Of a stretch of 64,000 nucleotides of DNA, positions 17,462 through 28,273 are shown piece after piece; positions within the stretch are counted from its first letter, which is position 1; each line of letters starts with the position of its first letter. The stretch comes from an uncultured Verrucomicrobiae bacterium (GTDB taxonomy: Bacteria > Chlamydiota > Chlamydiia > Chlamydiales > Rhabdochlamydiaceae): the NCBI GenBank assembly GCA_963718565.1, contig OY970364.1, positions 1 through 64,000 on the forward strand, written 5' to 3'. The notes beneath the pieces were generated by a model. That model saw only the letters and a list, made by a program, of their open reading frames with translations. It did not search any database and was not told the DNA's origin. The position numbers and the translations under genes are program-made.

Positions 17462-20400
17462 TTAAATCTCCTGGATTTTACTGAAATCGAGCAGCTCTTG
17501 AAAGAGGGCGAACACTTTTTGCAGCAGGGCGGTTCGATTTTCACGCAATTGAGGATCATCGGCAAGAATTTTCACTGTGTCAAAGAGCTTGGCAAGAGGA
17601 GCTTGTAACTTTGCAATCCTACGAAAAGCGTCGAGATATTTGCGCTCTTGGATAGTCTCTTTCCAATGTTTTTGCAGCACATCAAGGGCATACATTAACT
17701 CCTTCTCTGCTGGCTCAAGGGCGAGACTGGGTTGGAAGGAGGCTAATGCAGGTTTTTCTAGCTGGCCCTTGGCTCGTCTATAGACCTCGAAAAGTTTAGC
17801 GAATTCTGTTCCTGTACTGCGGAAAGCATGCAACGCCTGTGTTTTGCAGAACTGATCATAAGGATCGAAACAGAGGCCTTGCAAAGAGGCGTCGATCTCA
17901 TCTTTTTTAAACCCATATTCTTCAAATACGGATTTAGCGCGAGCAGTGATGAACGTAAGAATTTCTTGGACAGTCGAGGTAGCATTGTTTTTAATGCTGG
18001 GAAATGCACGGCATGCTTCTTGCAGCACTTTCCTTAAGTCAACGCTTTCTTTACCTTCGATGACAATTTTGAGCAGGCCGATGGATTGTCTGCGCAAAGC
18101 ATAAGGGTCGCTGGAAGAAGAAGGCTTAAGTCCAATGCTATAACATCCGATCAAATTATCGATCTTATCAGCAAGGCTTAAGATAATCCCTGTTCCTGTC
18201 TGAGGGAGCGGAGCGTGCTCAGCACGGGGCATCCAATGTTCTTGGATTGCTTCAGCGACTTCCCTGTCTTCCTTTTGAGCCAATGCGTAATATTTGCCGA
18301 TTGTCCCTTGCAGCTCTGGGAATTCTTTAACAAGAGCGGAAGCGAGATCTGCTTTGCATAGTAGGGCTGCCCGAGCGACTTTCCTTTGGTCGGCAACTTC
18401 CAAATGTTTGTTTAAGATTTCAGCAATCACAGCAAGGCGCTCTACTTTATCGAGCATCGTGCCGAGACCTTTCTGATGGGTCATTACACTTAGTTTTTCA
18501 TTAAACTTTTCCAAGGATGTTCTTAGGTCTTGTTCATAAAGAAAGACTCCATCAGAAAGCCGTGCGGAGAGGACTTTTTGATTGCCGCGCCGGATCAAAT
18601 CGCTAGGTTTATTGTCAGCCGTGATGATAAAAATATTTTTAAGACTGCCTTTGTTATCCGCAACAGGGAAATATTTTTGATGCTCGACCATTTCTGAGAT
18701 CAAGACCTCTTTGGGAGCTTTTAAAAATGTGGCATCAAACGTCGCTGAGGTCAGTTGCGGCCACTCCACGAGATGGAGAACTTGGGGAATCACTTTTTCG
18801 ATCTCAAGCGCTTGCCCTTTATTCTTCTTTTCGAGGGTTTTCAGCTGTGTGAAGATTCTTTGTTTGCGCTCTTCGATATCTGCAAGGACGTAATGCTTTT
18901 TTAGTTCTTTTGTGTAATCTTTGGGCGCTTTTAATGAAAATTTCTTTGGAGATAACTGCGCATGTCCGAGTGAAAAACGATTGGACAGGATCTCGCCGAC
19001 TTGGAACGGAATGATTTTCTCTCCAAAAAGAGCCAGGATCCAATGAATGGGGCGAGGATAGCTAATATCGAGATTTCCCCAGCGCATTTTCTTAGGAAAT
19101 TCCAAGTTGAGAATGAGTTTGGGAAGCTCTTCAGCTAGGAGGCAGAAAGTGGATTTTCCAGATTCGGAAATCGATGCAAATAAATAATCAGCCTCCTTGA
19201 TTTTATCCATCTTGAGGTTTTTGACTTTACCTTTTTGAATCGCATCCCATGTGACAGCTGAAATGCCCACTGATTTAAGAAATCCTTCCCCTTGAGGAGT
19301 CAATTTGCCAGAAGGATCAAATGCCGATGCAGCAGCAGGACCGCGGCGCAAGATTTCCTTGGGTTCTGTTCCTTCAATCAGACCTTTGACTGAGATAGCA
19401 AGCCGTTGCGGTGTTCCATAAATTTGTATCGAGTCAAAAGCAAGTTGTTGCTCTTTGAGAAAGCGCCGCATGGCCTTTTCTAAATTGGCACATCCAATGG
19501 GAATGAAAGTGGCTGGGAGCTGTTCAGAGCCAATCTCAAGGAGAAAATCCTGGCGTTTACCCGGAGTAAATTGTGGAGGTTTAACCACGGAAGCTTTTTT
19601 GGCAGATTTTTGTTTTTCTTTAAGAAGAGGGAATCCTAGTTTTTCTCTGGAGGAGGTATATTCGATAGCGATCAAGCGAGCAAGGTCGCGAATGCGTGCA
19701 ATATATCCCGTGCGCTCAGTGACGGAGATGGCACCGCGGGCATCTAGCATATTAAAAGCATGGGAAGCCTTGATGACAAAATCATAGGAGGGCAAAGGGA
19801 GGTGGCGGGCAATTAAGGTTTTTGCTTCTCTTTCATAATCCTCAAAATGACGGAGCCACATTGCTGTTGTCGATTCCTCAAAATTATAGATGCTCCATTC
19901 CACTTCGCTACGATGGATGATATCGCGAAGGGTCAGCTCTTCGTTCCACATCACATCGAAGATACTGTCTTTATTCTGAATGTACATGGCGAGACGCTCG
20001 AGTCCATAAGTAATCTCCGCACTGACAGGCTTAAGCGGGAGGCTTCCGATGGCTTGAAAATAAGTGAACTGCGTGATCTCCATACCATCGCACCAAATTT
20101 CCCATCCCAAACCCCAAGCTCCAAGCGTCGGTGATTCCCAATCGTCATGAACAAAGCGGATATCATGTTTTTTAAGATCGAAATTCAGGGCCTTGAGAGA
20201 GTCGAGATAGAGTTTTAAGACATCAGCAGGAGAAGGTTTGAGAATGACCTGAAACTGGTGGAATAGGTGTATTCGGTTAGGATTTTCTCCATATCTGGCA
20301 TCTGCCGGCCGGCGTGAGGGTTCCACATAGGCGGTATAATAGGGTTCAGGCCCAAGACAGCGTAAAAAAGTTGCGGGATTAAAAGTTCCAGCACCGACTT

Positions 20401-20485
20401 CCAAATCATGACCTTGATGGATGATGCAGTGATGCTTTTCCCAAAATTCGGTGAGGCGATGAATGATTTGCTGGAATGTAAGCAT
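17462..20485 (-). CDS. glyQS: Glycine-tRNA ligase, fused alpha/beta
   Basis: Alpha part [12 protein letters not shown]...EITYGLERL fused to beta part [12 protein letters not shown]...DPYALRR; 1007 aa. Confidence 0.97.
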   Translation of the reverse strand: MLTFQQIIHRLTEFWEKHHCIIHQGHDLEVGAGTFNPATFLRCLGPEPYYTAYVEPSRRPADARYGENPNRIHLFHQFQVILKPSPADVLKLYLDSLKALNFDLKKHDIRFVHDDWESPTLGAWGLGWEIWCDGMEITQFTYFQAIGSLPLKPVSAEITYGLERLAMYIQNKDSIFDVMWNEELTLRDIIHRSEVEWSIYNFEESTTAMWLRHFEDYEREAKTLIARHLPLPSYDFVIKASHAFNMLDARGAISVTERTGYIARIRDLARLIAIEYTSSREKLGFPLLKEKQKSAKKASVVKPPQFTPGKRQDFLLEIGSEQLPATFIPIGCANLEKAMRRFLKEQQLAFDSIQIYGTPQRLAISVKGLIEGTEPKEILRRGPAAASAFDPSGKLTPQGEGFLKSVGISAVTWDAIQKGKVKNLKMDKIKEADYLFASISESGKSTFCLLAEELPKLILNLEFPKKMRWGNLDISYPRPIHWILALFGEKIIPFQVGEILSNRFSLGHAQLSPKKFSLKAPKDYTKELKKHYVLADIEERKQRIFTQLKTLEKKNKGQALEIEKVIPQVLHLVEWPQLTSATFDATFLKAPKEVLISEMVEHQKYFPVADNKGSLKNIFIITADNKPSDLIRRGNQKVLSARLSDGVFLYEQDLRTSLEKFNEKLSVMTHQKGLGTMLDKVERLAVIAEILNKHLEVADQRKVARAALLCKADLASALVKEFPELQGTIGKYYALAQKEDREVAEAIQEHWMPRAEHAPLPQTGTGIILSLADKIDNLIGCYSIGLKPSSSSDPYALRRQSIGLLKIVIEGKESVDLRKVLQEACRAFPSIKNNATSTVQEILTFITARAKSVFEEYGFKKDEIDASLQGLCFDPYDQFCKTQALHAFRSTGTEFAKLFEVYRRAKGQLEKPALASFQPSLALEPAEKELMYALDVLQKHWKETIQERKYLDAFRRIAKLQAPLAKLFDTVKILADDPQLRENRTALLQKVFALFQELLDFSKIQEI

Positions 20486-20571
20486 AGGATATTTCTCCTG
20501 GAATTAGTCCAAACACCAATTTCTTGAAAACTCTTATTCTATGCACCTGTCTATAAATTTTGCACTTAAAA

Positions 20572-20665
20572 GAGGGAGTTTTGGTGTAAATAAAAGTGTT
20601 GAGGCTAGGCATTATTTCAATGCCTAGCCTCAACACTTTTATTTACACCCTTTTGCAATTCCCTC
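20572..20665. mobile_element. Family A ends enclosing a different 31-bp perfect hairpin
   Basis: GAGGGAGTTTT-[GGTGTAAATAAAAGTGTTGAGGCTAGGCATT-ATTTC-reverse complement]-CTTTTGCAATTCCCTC; AAAA on both flanks; related copy at 63128. Confidence 0.8.
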
Positions 20666-20768
20666 AAAATAGTGACAAGAATTCGCGTTGCTTCTTAAAG
20701 CACTATTCCTGTAAGATGTTCGATAAAAAATAGCCAAAAAGATCAAGTTTCTTTTTCTAAAATCTATC

Positions 20769-21842
20769 ATGGAATCTCTTCATAGTCTGAGTGTAGAGGA
20801 GCTGACGCAACTCCTTGCCGGAGAGGGAGAAAAGCCTTTTCGTGCCAAGCAAGTTTTTCACTGGGCTTATGAACGCAAAGTCAGTGATTGGGATCAAATG
20901 ACCGACCTCAATAAAGCTTTGCGCGCCAAACTGAAAGAAAAATTTTCACTCTTTTCGATCACACAACGCAACATTCAAGAATCTAAAGATGAAGAAACGA
21001 CAAAATTTCTTTGGGAATTGTCCGATGGAAAACTCGTTGAGTCAGTTCTCATCTGCTCGAAAGAGCGCCGTACAGTTTGTGTCTCTTCTCAGGTAGGTTG
21101 CCCAGCGCGGTGCGCCTTTTGCGCATCCGGTAAAGAAGGGCTGCTGCGTAACTTGACTGCTGTTGAAATTTTTGAACAAGTATACCAGATTGACTGTTTT
21201 TTACATCGCAAAGGGGAAAGAGTTTCCCATGTCGTATTCATGGGGATGGGGGAGCCCTTTGAAAATTATGACAATGTTCTCAAAGCGATCCACTTATTGA
21301 ACGATCCTTCGCGTTTAAACCTATCTCAACGCCGGATCACAGTTTCGACCGTTGGCGTGATAGACGGGATCCTCCGCTTTATGAAAGAGAATCTGAAAGT
21401 CAATCTCGTGCTTTCCCTGCACGCGCCGAATCAACATCTTCGTAAAAAAATTATTCCTTATGCCCGCAAATATCCTTTAGAAGATATTATGAGGGCGATG
21501 GTCGCCTTTGCAAGAGAGAGCAAGCGGGACATCACGTATGAGTACACGCTCATTGAGGGAATCAACGACCTCCCAGAGCACGCCGAAGAATTGGGGGTTT
21601 TATTAAAAGGGCAGCAATGTACAGTGAACCTTATTCCTTATAACCCTGTTGCTGGACTGAGCCTTAAGCGTCCTGAAAAAGAAATCATTGAAGAGTTTCG
21701 CCGCATTTTATCTTCCTTTGAAATTGTCACAACATGGAGATATACCAAAGGAAAAGATATCGCCGCGGCATGTGGGCAATTGGCGCTGCAGGAGAAGAAT
21801 TCTATCCCGAAATTAAATCAGCTTGTTATTGCTGCTTCCTAA
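20769..21842 (+). CDS. rlmN: 23S rRNA m2A2503 / tRNA m2A37 radical SAM methyltransferase
   Basis: CVSSQVGCPARCAFC, FMGMGEP, SLHAP, DIAAACGQL. Confidence 0.95.
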   Translation: MESLHSLSVEELTQLLAGEGEKPFRAKQVFHWAYERKVSDWDQMTDLNKALRAKLKEKFSLFSITQRNIQESKDEETTKFLWELSDGKLVESVLICSKERRTVCVSSQVGCPARCAFCASGKEGLLRNLTAVEIFEQVYQIDCFLHRKGERVSHVVFMGMGEPFENYDNVLKAIHLLNDPSRLNLSQRRITVSTVGVIDGILRFMKENLKVNLVLSLHAPNQHLRKKIIPYARKYPLEDIMRAMVAFARESKRDITYEYTLIEGINDLPEHAEELGVLLKGQQCTVNLIPYNPVAGLSLKRPEKEIIEEFRRILSSFEIVTTWRYTKGKDIAAACGQLALQEKNSIPKLNQLVIAAS

Positions 21843-21904
21843 AAAAAGGAAAAATGAATATATCCTTTTAAAAACCTGAGTTTGCGAGTTTTAGAGAAAA
21901 TCCT

Positions 21905-22495
21905 GTGAGTATTGCGCTTGTTCTTACACTCTCGAGAATTCTGCTGGGGCCCATATTTCTGGTCGTCTATCTTTATTCGCAGGATTTGGGGATTAGCCTC
22001 GCATGGCTCCCTTATATCTTGTTAATTCTGGCTGGGGTCTCAGAACTTTCCGATGCTTTTGATGGTGCGTTGGCCCGTAAGCAAAACAAAGTGACCGACC
22101 TGGGCAAACTGCTTGATCCCATGGCAGACAGTATTTTTAGATTATCTGTATTGCTTGCATTTACCCAAGGGGTGATCCAGCTGCCGCTTTTGCTTGTTTG
22201 TGTTTTCTTTTATCGGGACACAATTATTAGCACATTGCGTACTCTTTGCGCCCTTCGTGGGATTGCCCTTGCAGCCCGTCTTTCAGGCAAAATCAAAGCG
22301 GTGATTCAAGGGATAGTGGTCTTCTTCATTTTGATCCTAATGATTCCCTATTCGTTGGGGTGTTTAGACGTCAAACTCTTGCAAGTCATTAGTTTTTACA
22401 GTGTTCTTGTCACAGCCATCTATACTTTGTATTCTGGCACTGAATATATCATCGCTAACCGCAAATATATCAAAAAAGCCGTTGGTTTGCCTTAG
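21905..22495 (+). CDS. pgsA: CDP-diacylglycerol-glycerol-3-phosphate 3-phosphatidyltransferase
   Basis: SDAFDGALARKQNKVTDLGKLLDPMAD CDP-alcohol phosphotransferase motif. Confidence 0.88.
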   Translation: MSIALVLTLSRILLGPIFLVVYLYSQDLGISLAWLPYILLILAGVSELSDAFDGALARKQNKVTDLGKLLDPMADSIFRLSVLLAFTQGVIQLPLLLVCVFFYRDTIISTLRTLCALRGIALAARLSGKIKAVIQGIVVFFILILMIPYSLGCLDVKLLQVISFYSVLVTAIYTLYSGTEYIIANRKYIKKAVGLP

Positions 22496-22528
22496 ACACT
22501 AGGATCGATTTGGCGAAGTCGCAGCCTG

Positions 22529-24058
22529 TCAAAATTCACCAAACCTAACCGCGCGTCGTATAAGCTTTTGGTAAAGCGATACATATTCGGAAGCAGAATG
22601 TCTCCAACTGAAATCTTGACGCATGCCGTTCAAGATAAGCGACTGCCATTTTTGAGGCTGGTAGCTATAACAATCCAGAGCACGGCTCAGCGCCCAATCC
22701 ATTCCTTTGCGATCGGGAAAATCAAACGTAAAGCCATTGCGCATGCTGAGGGGACGAGATGAGGTGTCGACATCGAACACTGTATCGACAAGTCCCCCGG
22801 TTAATCGAGCAATGGGAATTGTCCCATAACGCAGGGCAATCAGCTGAGTCAGGCCGCAGGGTTCAAAAAGCGAGGGGATCACAAACATATCAGCGGCAGC
22901 AAAAATCTGATGAGCTAGCGCCTCGTTGTTGTCCAACAGGACAGCAGCATGATTACTGTTCTTAAACTCTTCTTTGAGTACCTCGAATTCTTTTTGCATC
23001 GCAGGGATTGGAGTGGTTCCCAAGAGGATAAACTGTCCTCCTTTGTCTACTGTCTGATAAAGGGCATATTGGATGAGGTCAGGATTTTTTTGAGGGACTA
23101 ATCTAGTGACGGAAGCAACGAGAGGAGCATGATCTTCTTTGATTCCAAAATGCACGCGCAGCTGGCGCTTATTTTCTTTTTTTGCTTCTATGACGCCGAA
23201 AAGCTTAGTCTTATCGATATTATATGTGGAATATCTTTGAATAAGATGAGGATCTTTTTCAGGATTCCAAAAATCTTCATCAATCCCATTTAAAATTCCC
23301 TGGAACTTTTCACGATTTTTAATTAAAACATCTTCTAAACCAAACCCACCTTCTGGGGTTTGGATTTCCTTTTCATAATTTGGCGATACCGTTGTGATTT
23401 GGTCTGCATATTCAATGCCTCCTTTCAATAGATTGATTAGTGTTAATGAATAAGGATCTTGCATTTTATCTGGGACAAGATAGCTGTCGCCGCGAAGACC
23501 GATGCGAGAGAGATTGAAGGGTTGACAACGCCCTTGATGTTCCATGTTATGGATTGTGAGCACTGTCCCACCTGCTTTGAAGCCGAGTGGTTGATACATG
23601 TCTTTGTAGAGAACAGGAACGACTGCTGTAGGCCAATCATGGACGTGGATAACATCAGGACTTCGGCCAGATTTGAAGACGAACTCCATAGCAGTCCGAG
23701 AAAAATAGATAAAGCGATCGATATCATCATGACACCCATAAATCACTCCGCGGCTAAAGTAGTATTGCGGGTGGTGCGGTTCTATGAGCAACAGTTTGAG
23801 GCCATCGATTTCTGCCGACCAAATGGTATTGTTGAATCGATGCATTCCATCGACTGACCACAGTTCCCGGAATTCTACTTTTAGATTTCGAAGTGTTCCA
23901 TAATTCAGACAATCATATTTGGGTAGAATAATTTCTACCTTGTGCCCTTGTTTGGACAACTCTTTAGAAAGGCCATAAATGACGTCCGCTAATCCACCGG
24001 CTCTAGCAACGGGGCAAAGCTCTGTCACAATCTGGACGATATACATAACCGCCTGCAT
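22529..24058 (-). CDS. glgA: Glycogen synthase (start may be at MYIVQ)
   Basis: ELCPVARAGGLADV, HVHDW, TIHN, GILNGID, PSLFEPCGLTQ, TGGLVDTV. Confidence 0.93.
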   Translation of the reverse strand: MQAVMYIVQIVTELCPVARAGGLADVIYGLSKELSKQGHKVEIILPKYDCLNYGTLRNLKVEFRELWSVDGMHRFNNTIWSAEIDGLKLLLIEPHHPQYYFSRGVIYGCHDDIDRFIYFSRTAMEFVFKSGRSPDVIHVHDWPTAVVPVLYKDMYQPLGFKAGGTVLTIHNMEHQGRCQPFNLSRIGLRGDSYLVPDKMQDPYSLTLINLLKGGIEYADQITTVSPNYEKEIQTPEGGFGLEDVLIKNREKFQGILNGIDEDFWNPEKDPHLIQRYSTYNIDKTKLFGVIEAKKENKRQLRVHFGIKEDHAPLVASVTRLVPQKNPDLIQYALYQTVDKGGQFILLGTTPIPAMQKEFEVLKEEFKNSNHAAVLLDNNEALAHQIFAAADMFVIPSLFEPCGLTQLIALRYGTIPIARLTGGLVDTVFDVDTSSRPLSMRNGFTFDFPDRKGMDWALSRALDCYSYQPQKWQSLILNGMRQDFSWRHSASEYVSLYQKLIRRAVRFGEF

Positions 24059-24120
24059 GTGTCGTGTTAATTATTTTTTTAATGTTAGTGAGATATTTGC
24101 CGCCACTGTAAATGTAAAAC

Positions 24121-25131
24121 ATGAAAAACATTGCTTTGATCACGGATATCCCTTTTTGGCAAATAGGACTCGGTAAAAATACCCGCATCCAAGAACTTTA
24201 TCATTTTCTTGCTGCTCATAGTCGCTTCACTCTCTATTATCTTGGAGATGAAAAGACTCCCTTTCGATGTCCTTCTTTTCAAGAACATGACAAGCTGTCA
24301 CAACTTCGAGCTTATCTCGAGGAAGCTGAGCACGACCTGCTGATCGTAGAGTATATTCATTTGCACTGGGTTGCAGACTTTCCCCTTAAGAAAACAAAAG
24401 TCTATCTGGATGCCCATGACTTTCTATCTGAGAGAACAAAGTCATTTGAATCGTTCCATCGCAAAAGCAATGCAATCACTTTAGAAGAGGAAATCGATTG
24501 TTTTCGCAAGTTTGACAAAGTCATGTTCATGCAAAAGGAAGAGATGGAAAAGGTTTGGCCGATGCTGGGTAAAGACTGTCTCCTTCTTTGCCCACATCCC
24601 ATCGTACCGGAGGTTAATGTTGCGCTTCGACAAGAAATAGAGGCCATCAGCTTTTTTGGGAGCCCCGCCTGGCCTAATATCGATGGGATCCAATGGTTCC
24701 ATGAGGCTGTGCTTCCTCTTCTTGGAGATTTAGCGCAGAAGTGTATTGTGAACGGGACAATAAGTACTTCCCCATTATCAATTTTTTTTCCCCGACTCGC
24801 CAAAGGAAAAGTTTTTTCCTCTATCGGCGACTATTACAAAAGCATCGATATTGCGATCAATCCTGTTCTCTACGGGAGCGGACTAAAGATTAAGACGGTA
24901 GAAGCCCTGGCTTATGGAATTCCTCTTGTGACTACAAGCATAGGAGCCCAGGGTCTTCGTGAAGAAGGCGGAAACTCTTTTCTTCTGGCTGATACGCCTG
25001 AAGAGTTTGCTAAGGCGATTTGCACACTGGCTGAATCTCCAGAGTTGCGGCGTCAGCTTTCCCTTAACGCTCGCGCTTTTACCCAAAAACATCTTAGTCC
25101 CATGGCTTGTTTTGGTGCTCTATTGAAGTAA
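24121..25131 (+). CDS. Glycosyltransferase family 4 (GT-B)
   Basis: PNIDGIQWF, PVLYGSGLKIKTVEALAYGIPLVTTSIGAQG. Confidence 0.85.
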   Translation: MKNIALITDIPFWQIGLGKNTRIQELYHFLAAHSRFTLYYLGDEKTPFRCPSFQEHDKLSQLRAYLEEAEHDLLIVEYIHLHWVADFPLKKTKVYLDAHDFLSERTKSFESFHRKSNAITLEEEIDCFRKFDKVMFMQKEEMEKVWPMLGKDCLLLCPHPIVPEVNVALRQEIEAISFFGSPAWPNIDGIQWFHEAVLPLLGDLAQKCIVNGTISTSPLSIFFPRLAKGKVFSSIGDYYKSIDIAINPVLYGSGLKIKTVEALAYGIPLVTTSIGAQGLREEGGNSFLLADTPEEFAKAICTLAESPELRRQLSLNARAFTQKHLSPMACFGALLK

Positions 25132-25134
25132 GTA

Positions 25135-25435
25135 GGGGGAATTACAAAACTCCTTGCCAGCAGAAAATCGATGATTTTGGCACCTGTTGCCAGAACCCGC
25201 ACAGCGGGTTCGGTTGGCGGCGGCGAAAGCATACTTGGATAAGTCGTACGTCCTCAAAAACCTATGGCAAGCACTGAATGTCATTTGGATCCATGCCAGG
25301 CTTTGCATTTATCGATCTCAATCAGGCATGGATCCAAATGGTCTTCAACTTTTGCCATGAGTTTTTAAGGACGTACGATAAGTCTGCGTCTCTGCGTTGA
25401 TCTCATCCTATATTTAAATTTTTTGCAATTCCCTC
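25135..25435 (+). mobile_element. Composite family A element interrupted by a nested family B element
   Basis: A left arm 25135-25245, B insertion, CTGCGTCTCTGCG repeat, then TTTTGCAATTCCCTC. Confidence 0.8.
25246..25376. mobile_element. MITE family B, complete (131 bp)
   Basis: TIR GTACGTCCTCAAAAAC / GTTTTTAAGGACGTAC; 8-bp direct repeat GATAAGTC at 25238-25245 and 25377-25384. Confidence 0.88.
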
Positions 25436-25549
25436 AAATAAAAATTTTCGTAGGCAACCTCTCAGGCTTGACCTTAGCAAGGCATTTATCGTTGCGTTTT
25501 ATTGCTCGGCCCATTAGCATAGCTATTTTTTGCAGAAAGACTTTGTTGA

Positions 25550-25621
<72 letters not shown>

Positions 25622-25636
25622 AGATTATTGTTACTT

Positions 25637-25818
25637 GAGGGAATTGCAAAACTCCTCGCCAGCAGAAAATCGATGCTTTTGGCACCTGTTGCCAGAACCC
25701 GCGCAGCGGGTTCGGTTGGCGGTGGCGAAAGCATACTTGGATAAGTAGGAGAGCCGCCGCCAAGGCGATAGGTGCCAAAAGCGCGATTTTATGCGGTGAG
25801 GAGTTTTGCAATTCCCTC
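25637..25818 (+). mobile_element. MITE family A, short form (182 bp)
   Basis: Near-identical to 2417-2598; flanks ACTT/ATTT (imperfect TSD). Confidence 0.9.
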
Positions 25819-25841
25819 ATTTATTACCCCAGCGAGTTTCA

Positions 25842-26780
25842 ATGTCTCAAAACAACGATTACGCGCTTTTTGCTGGCACCTCCCATCCGGAGCTTGCGCA
25901 ACAAATTGCGAGTTGTTTGGGAATTGCGCTGGGAAAAGCGCGCATCGAAATGTTTCCAGATGGCGAGATAGGCGCTCATGTATTAGAAAGCGTCCGTGGT
26001 CGGGATGTGTTTATAGTTCAATCTATAGCGCGCCATCCCAACTTCTATCTCATGGAACTATTGATTTTAGTCGATGCAATGAAACGCGCCTCTGCCCGCT
26101 CCATCATCGCTGTCATTCCCTATTACGGGTATGCACGGCAAGACAGAAGAGGGAAAGAGCGTGAGCCAATTACGGCAAAGCTCGTTGCCGACCTGTTGCA
26201 GACAGCAGGTGTGACGCGAGTTCTGACGATGGATTTGCATACCGAGCAAATCCAGGGGTTTTTCGATATTCCTGTCGACAACCTTTATGCTCGTCCACTG
26301 ATCGTCGAAGCTTTAGCCAAGCTGAAGATGGACGACACTGTCGTCGTAGCGCCGGATATTGGGAGCATCAAATTGGCCAGGTCATATGCTGAGGCTTTAA
26401 AATTCGATCTCGCTATTGTCGATAAGCGTCGTGTAAGTGCAGAACAAGTAGAAATGTCAGCCATGATCGGTGAGGTCAAGGACAAGAACGTCCTTCTCGT
26501 CGATGATGTATGTTCGACCGGTGGAACATTAAAAACAGCAGCGCGCGTTTGTAAACATGCCGGTGCAAAACGCATTTGGGCTGCTGTTACCCATGGCTTG
26601 TTTGTTGGAAGTAGGCTACTTGAGGAAAGCGAGATCGAAAGAATAATGATGAGCAATACCGTCCCAGCTCCAGAGACGATCGATCAGGACCATTTGGAAA
26701 TCGTCACTGCAGCGCCGCTCTTTGGCAAAGCGATCCAATCGATCATTGGTGCCAAGTCGATCTCCTCCCTCTATAATTAA
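25842..26780 (+). CDS. prs: Ribose-phosphate pyrophosphokinase
   Basis: FPDGEI, PYYGYARQDR, MDLH, VAPDIG, LLVDDVCSTGGT; start set at MSQNND outside the MITE. Confidence 0.96.
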   Translation: MSQNNDYALFAGTSHPELAQQIASCLGIALGKARIEMFPDGEIGAHVLESVRGRDVFIVQSIARHPNFYLMELLILVDAMKRASARSIIAVIPYYGYARQDRRGKEREPITAKLVADLLQTAGVTRVLTMDLHTEQIQGFFDIPVDNLYARPLIVEALAKLKMDDTVVVAPDIGSIKLARSYAEALKFDLAIVDKRRVSAEQVEMSAMIGEVKDKNVLLVDDVCSTGGTLKTAARVCKHAGAKRIWAAVTHGLFVGSRLLEESEIERIMMSNTVPAPETIDQDHLEIVTAAPLFGKAIQSIIGAKSISSLYN

Positions 26781-26788
26781 TTTACTGA

Positions 26789-26827
26789 GAGAGTCTTTTC
26801 AAATTAAAATGATTTGAAAACGCTTTC
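26789..26827. mobile_element. Family E miniature palindrome
   Basis: GAGAGTCTTTTCAAAT...ATTTGAAAACGCTTTC, similar to 15970-16004. Confidence 0.55.
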
Positions 26828-26998
26828 TATACCGCGCGCAGGAAGGTTTTGTGAATTTGGACTAGAGCGAGGCAAAGCACAATCGAAGCTTGCGGTCCGA
26901 ATGACGAAGCCATAGTGAAAACTATGACTGAGGGAGAGGATCGATTGGGCAAAGCCGCAGCCAGTCCAAATTCACAAAACCTGACGGAGCGCGGTATA
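26828..26998. mobile_element. MITE family D (TA-flanked, IS630-like ends)
   Basis: TATACCGCGC...AGGTTTTGTGAATTTGGACT / AGTCCAAATTCACAAAACCT...GCGCGGTATA inverted repeats. Confidence 0.85.
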
Positions 26999-27054
26999 AC
27001 ACTCATTATAAGTTTATTTGGAAAGATTTAGTTTTAAACTATTGGAGAACCTTT

Positions 27055-27612
27055 ATGAAACTCGCAGTGAAACAACGCGTTGGCGAGAAGAAGAAAGATA
27101 TTAAAGAGATTCGTCGGGAAGGGAATATTCCTGCGGTCATCTATTCTTCAAAAAGCCAACCAGAAAAATTAATCATCAATGGCGCAGAATTTAATGCGAT
27201 TTTGCGCGAGATGAGGCCTGGCCAGTTGCCGACGACAGCCTTTGTCCTTTCTGATAGCAAAAAAGAGCGACGCGCCATCATTAAAGACATTCAATATCAT
27301 CTCACGACGTACAATGTTTCACATATCGACTTTGAGGAACTCATTGAAAATGTCCCGGTCTGCGTCAAAGTGCCAGTCAATTGTACGGGTATAGTCGATT
27401 GCATGGGGATCAAGTTAGGGGGGTTTTTACGCCAAGTCATTCGACATGTGAAAGTCGAATGTTTACCAAAGAATATCCCTTCTGAATTTCTTATCGACGT
27501 TAAAGACTTGGGAATCCGGCAATCCAAGCGTTTAAAAGACCTTGCGATGCCCAGTGGTGTTAGGCCTCTTGCGAACCCTGAAGAAGTTGTCGTTGTGATT
27601 GCCAAGAGATAG
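27055..27612 (+). CDS. rplY: 50S ribosomal protein L25/Ctc
   Basis: RREGNIPAVIY, IKDIQYH...HIDF, GIKLGG; prs-rplY-pth order. Confidence 0.95.
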   Translation: MKLAVKQRVGEKKKDIKEIRREGNIPAVIYSSKSQPEKLIINGAEFNAILREMRPGQLPTTAFVLSDSKKERRAIIKDIQYHLTTYNVSHIDFEELIENVPVCVKVPVNCTGIVDCMGIKLGGFLRQVIRHVKVECLPKNIPSEFLIDVKDLGIRQSKRLKDLAMPSGVRPLANPEEVVVVIAKR

Positions 27613-27618
27613 TCGAAC

Positions 27619-28209
27619 ATGGATGAGTTTGAGAAATATCTCATTGTCGGATTGGGAAATCCAGGGGAAGCCTATGTGAAAACAAGGCATAACGTTGGAT
27701 TCACTATCGTTCAATCTTTGGCGAGAAAAAACGGCATGGGATTTAAACATACCTCCCATCTGATCGGAGAGATTGCTCAAGGAGAAATTCATGGGAAAAA
27801 AGGGTTGCTGCTACTGCCGATGACTTTTGTGAATTCCAGCGGTGATGCCGTCAGACGCTGCATGGATTATTTTAAAGTACCTCTCGATCACATGATTGTC
27901 GTATGCGATGATATTGCACTTCCTATTACAACCATGAGATTGCGTGGCCAAGGAAGCAGCGGCGGACACAATGGGCTAAAAAGCATCGAAACGCATGTGA
28001 ACACTCAGCACTATGCGCGTCTCAGGATCGGCGTGGGATCTCCTGAGCAAGAAAAGCTGGTCGACTATGTCCTGGGTAAATTCTCTCAAGAAGAGATCAA
28101 AAAGATCGAGGAAATCACAGTCAAAGCAATGGAAGTGTTGGAATTATGGATTGCAGCCGGAATTGCAATGGCAATGCAGACCGCTAACACACAAAAGTTA
28201 GAAACCTGA
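27619..28209 (+). CDS. pth: Peptidyl-tRNA hydrolase
   Basis: LIVGLGNPG...TRHNVGF, GGHNGLKSI, RLRIGVG. Confidence 0.97.
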   Translation: MDEFEKYLIVGLGNPGEAYVKTRHNVGFTIVQSLARKNGMGFKHTSHLIGEIAQGEIHGKKGLLLLPMTFVNSSGDAVRRCMDYFKVPLDHMIVVCDDIALPITTMRLRGQGSSGGHNGLKSIETHVNTQHYARLRIGVGSPEQEKLVDYVLGKFSQEEIKKIEEITVKAMEVLELWIAAGIAMAMQTANTQKLET

Positions 28210-28231
28210 GTTTTGGATTTATTTTATAGTA

Positions 28232-28253
28232 AAGGGAGTTTTGCAATTCCCTC
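28232..28253. mobile_element. Minimal family A relic (22 bp)
   Basis: AAGGGAGTTTTGCAATTCCCTC flanked by AGTA on both sides. Confidence 0.75.
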
Positions 28254-28273
28254 AGTAGATTAAGGAGAAAAAA

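Noticed and set aside
17461..17565. Longer called starts for the M19 dipeptidase, prs, rplI, the M20 peptidase, rpmB, sthA, tnpB and the 49074 gene
   Set aside because: The extensions overlap neighbouring genes, MITEs or terminators; downstream ATGs match family N-termini better.
17462..20485. Fused glyQ-glyS as a novelty
   Set aside because: Known feature of Chlamydiota.
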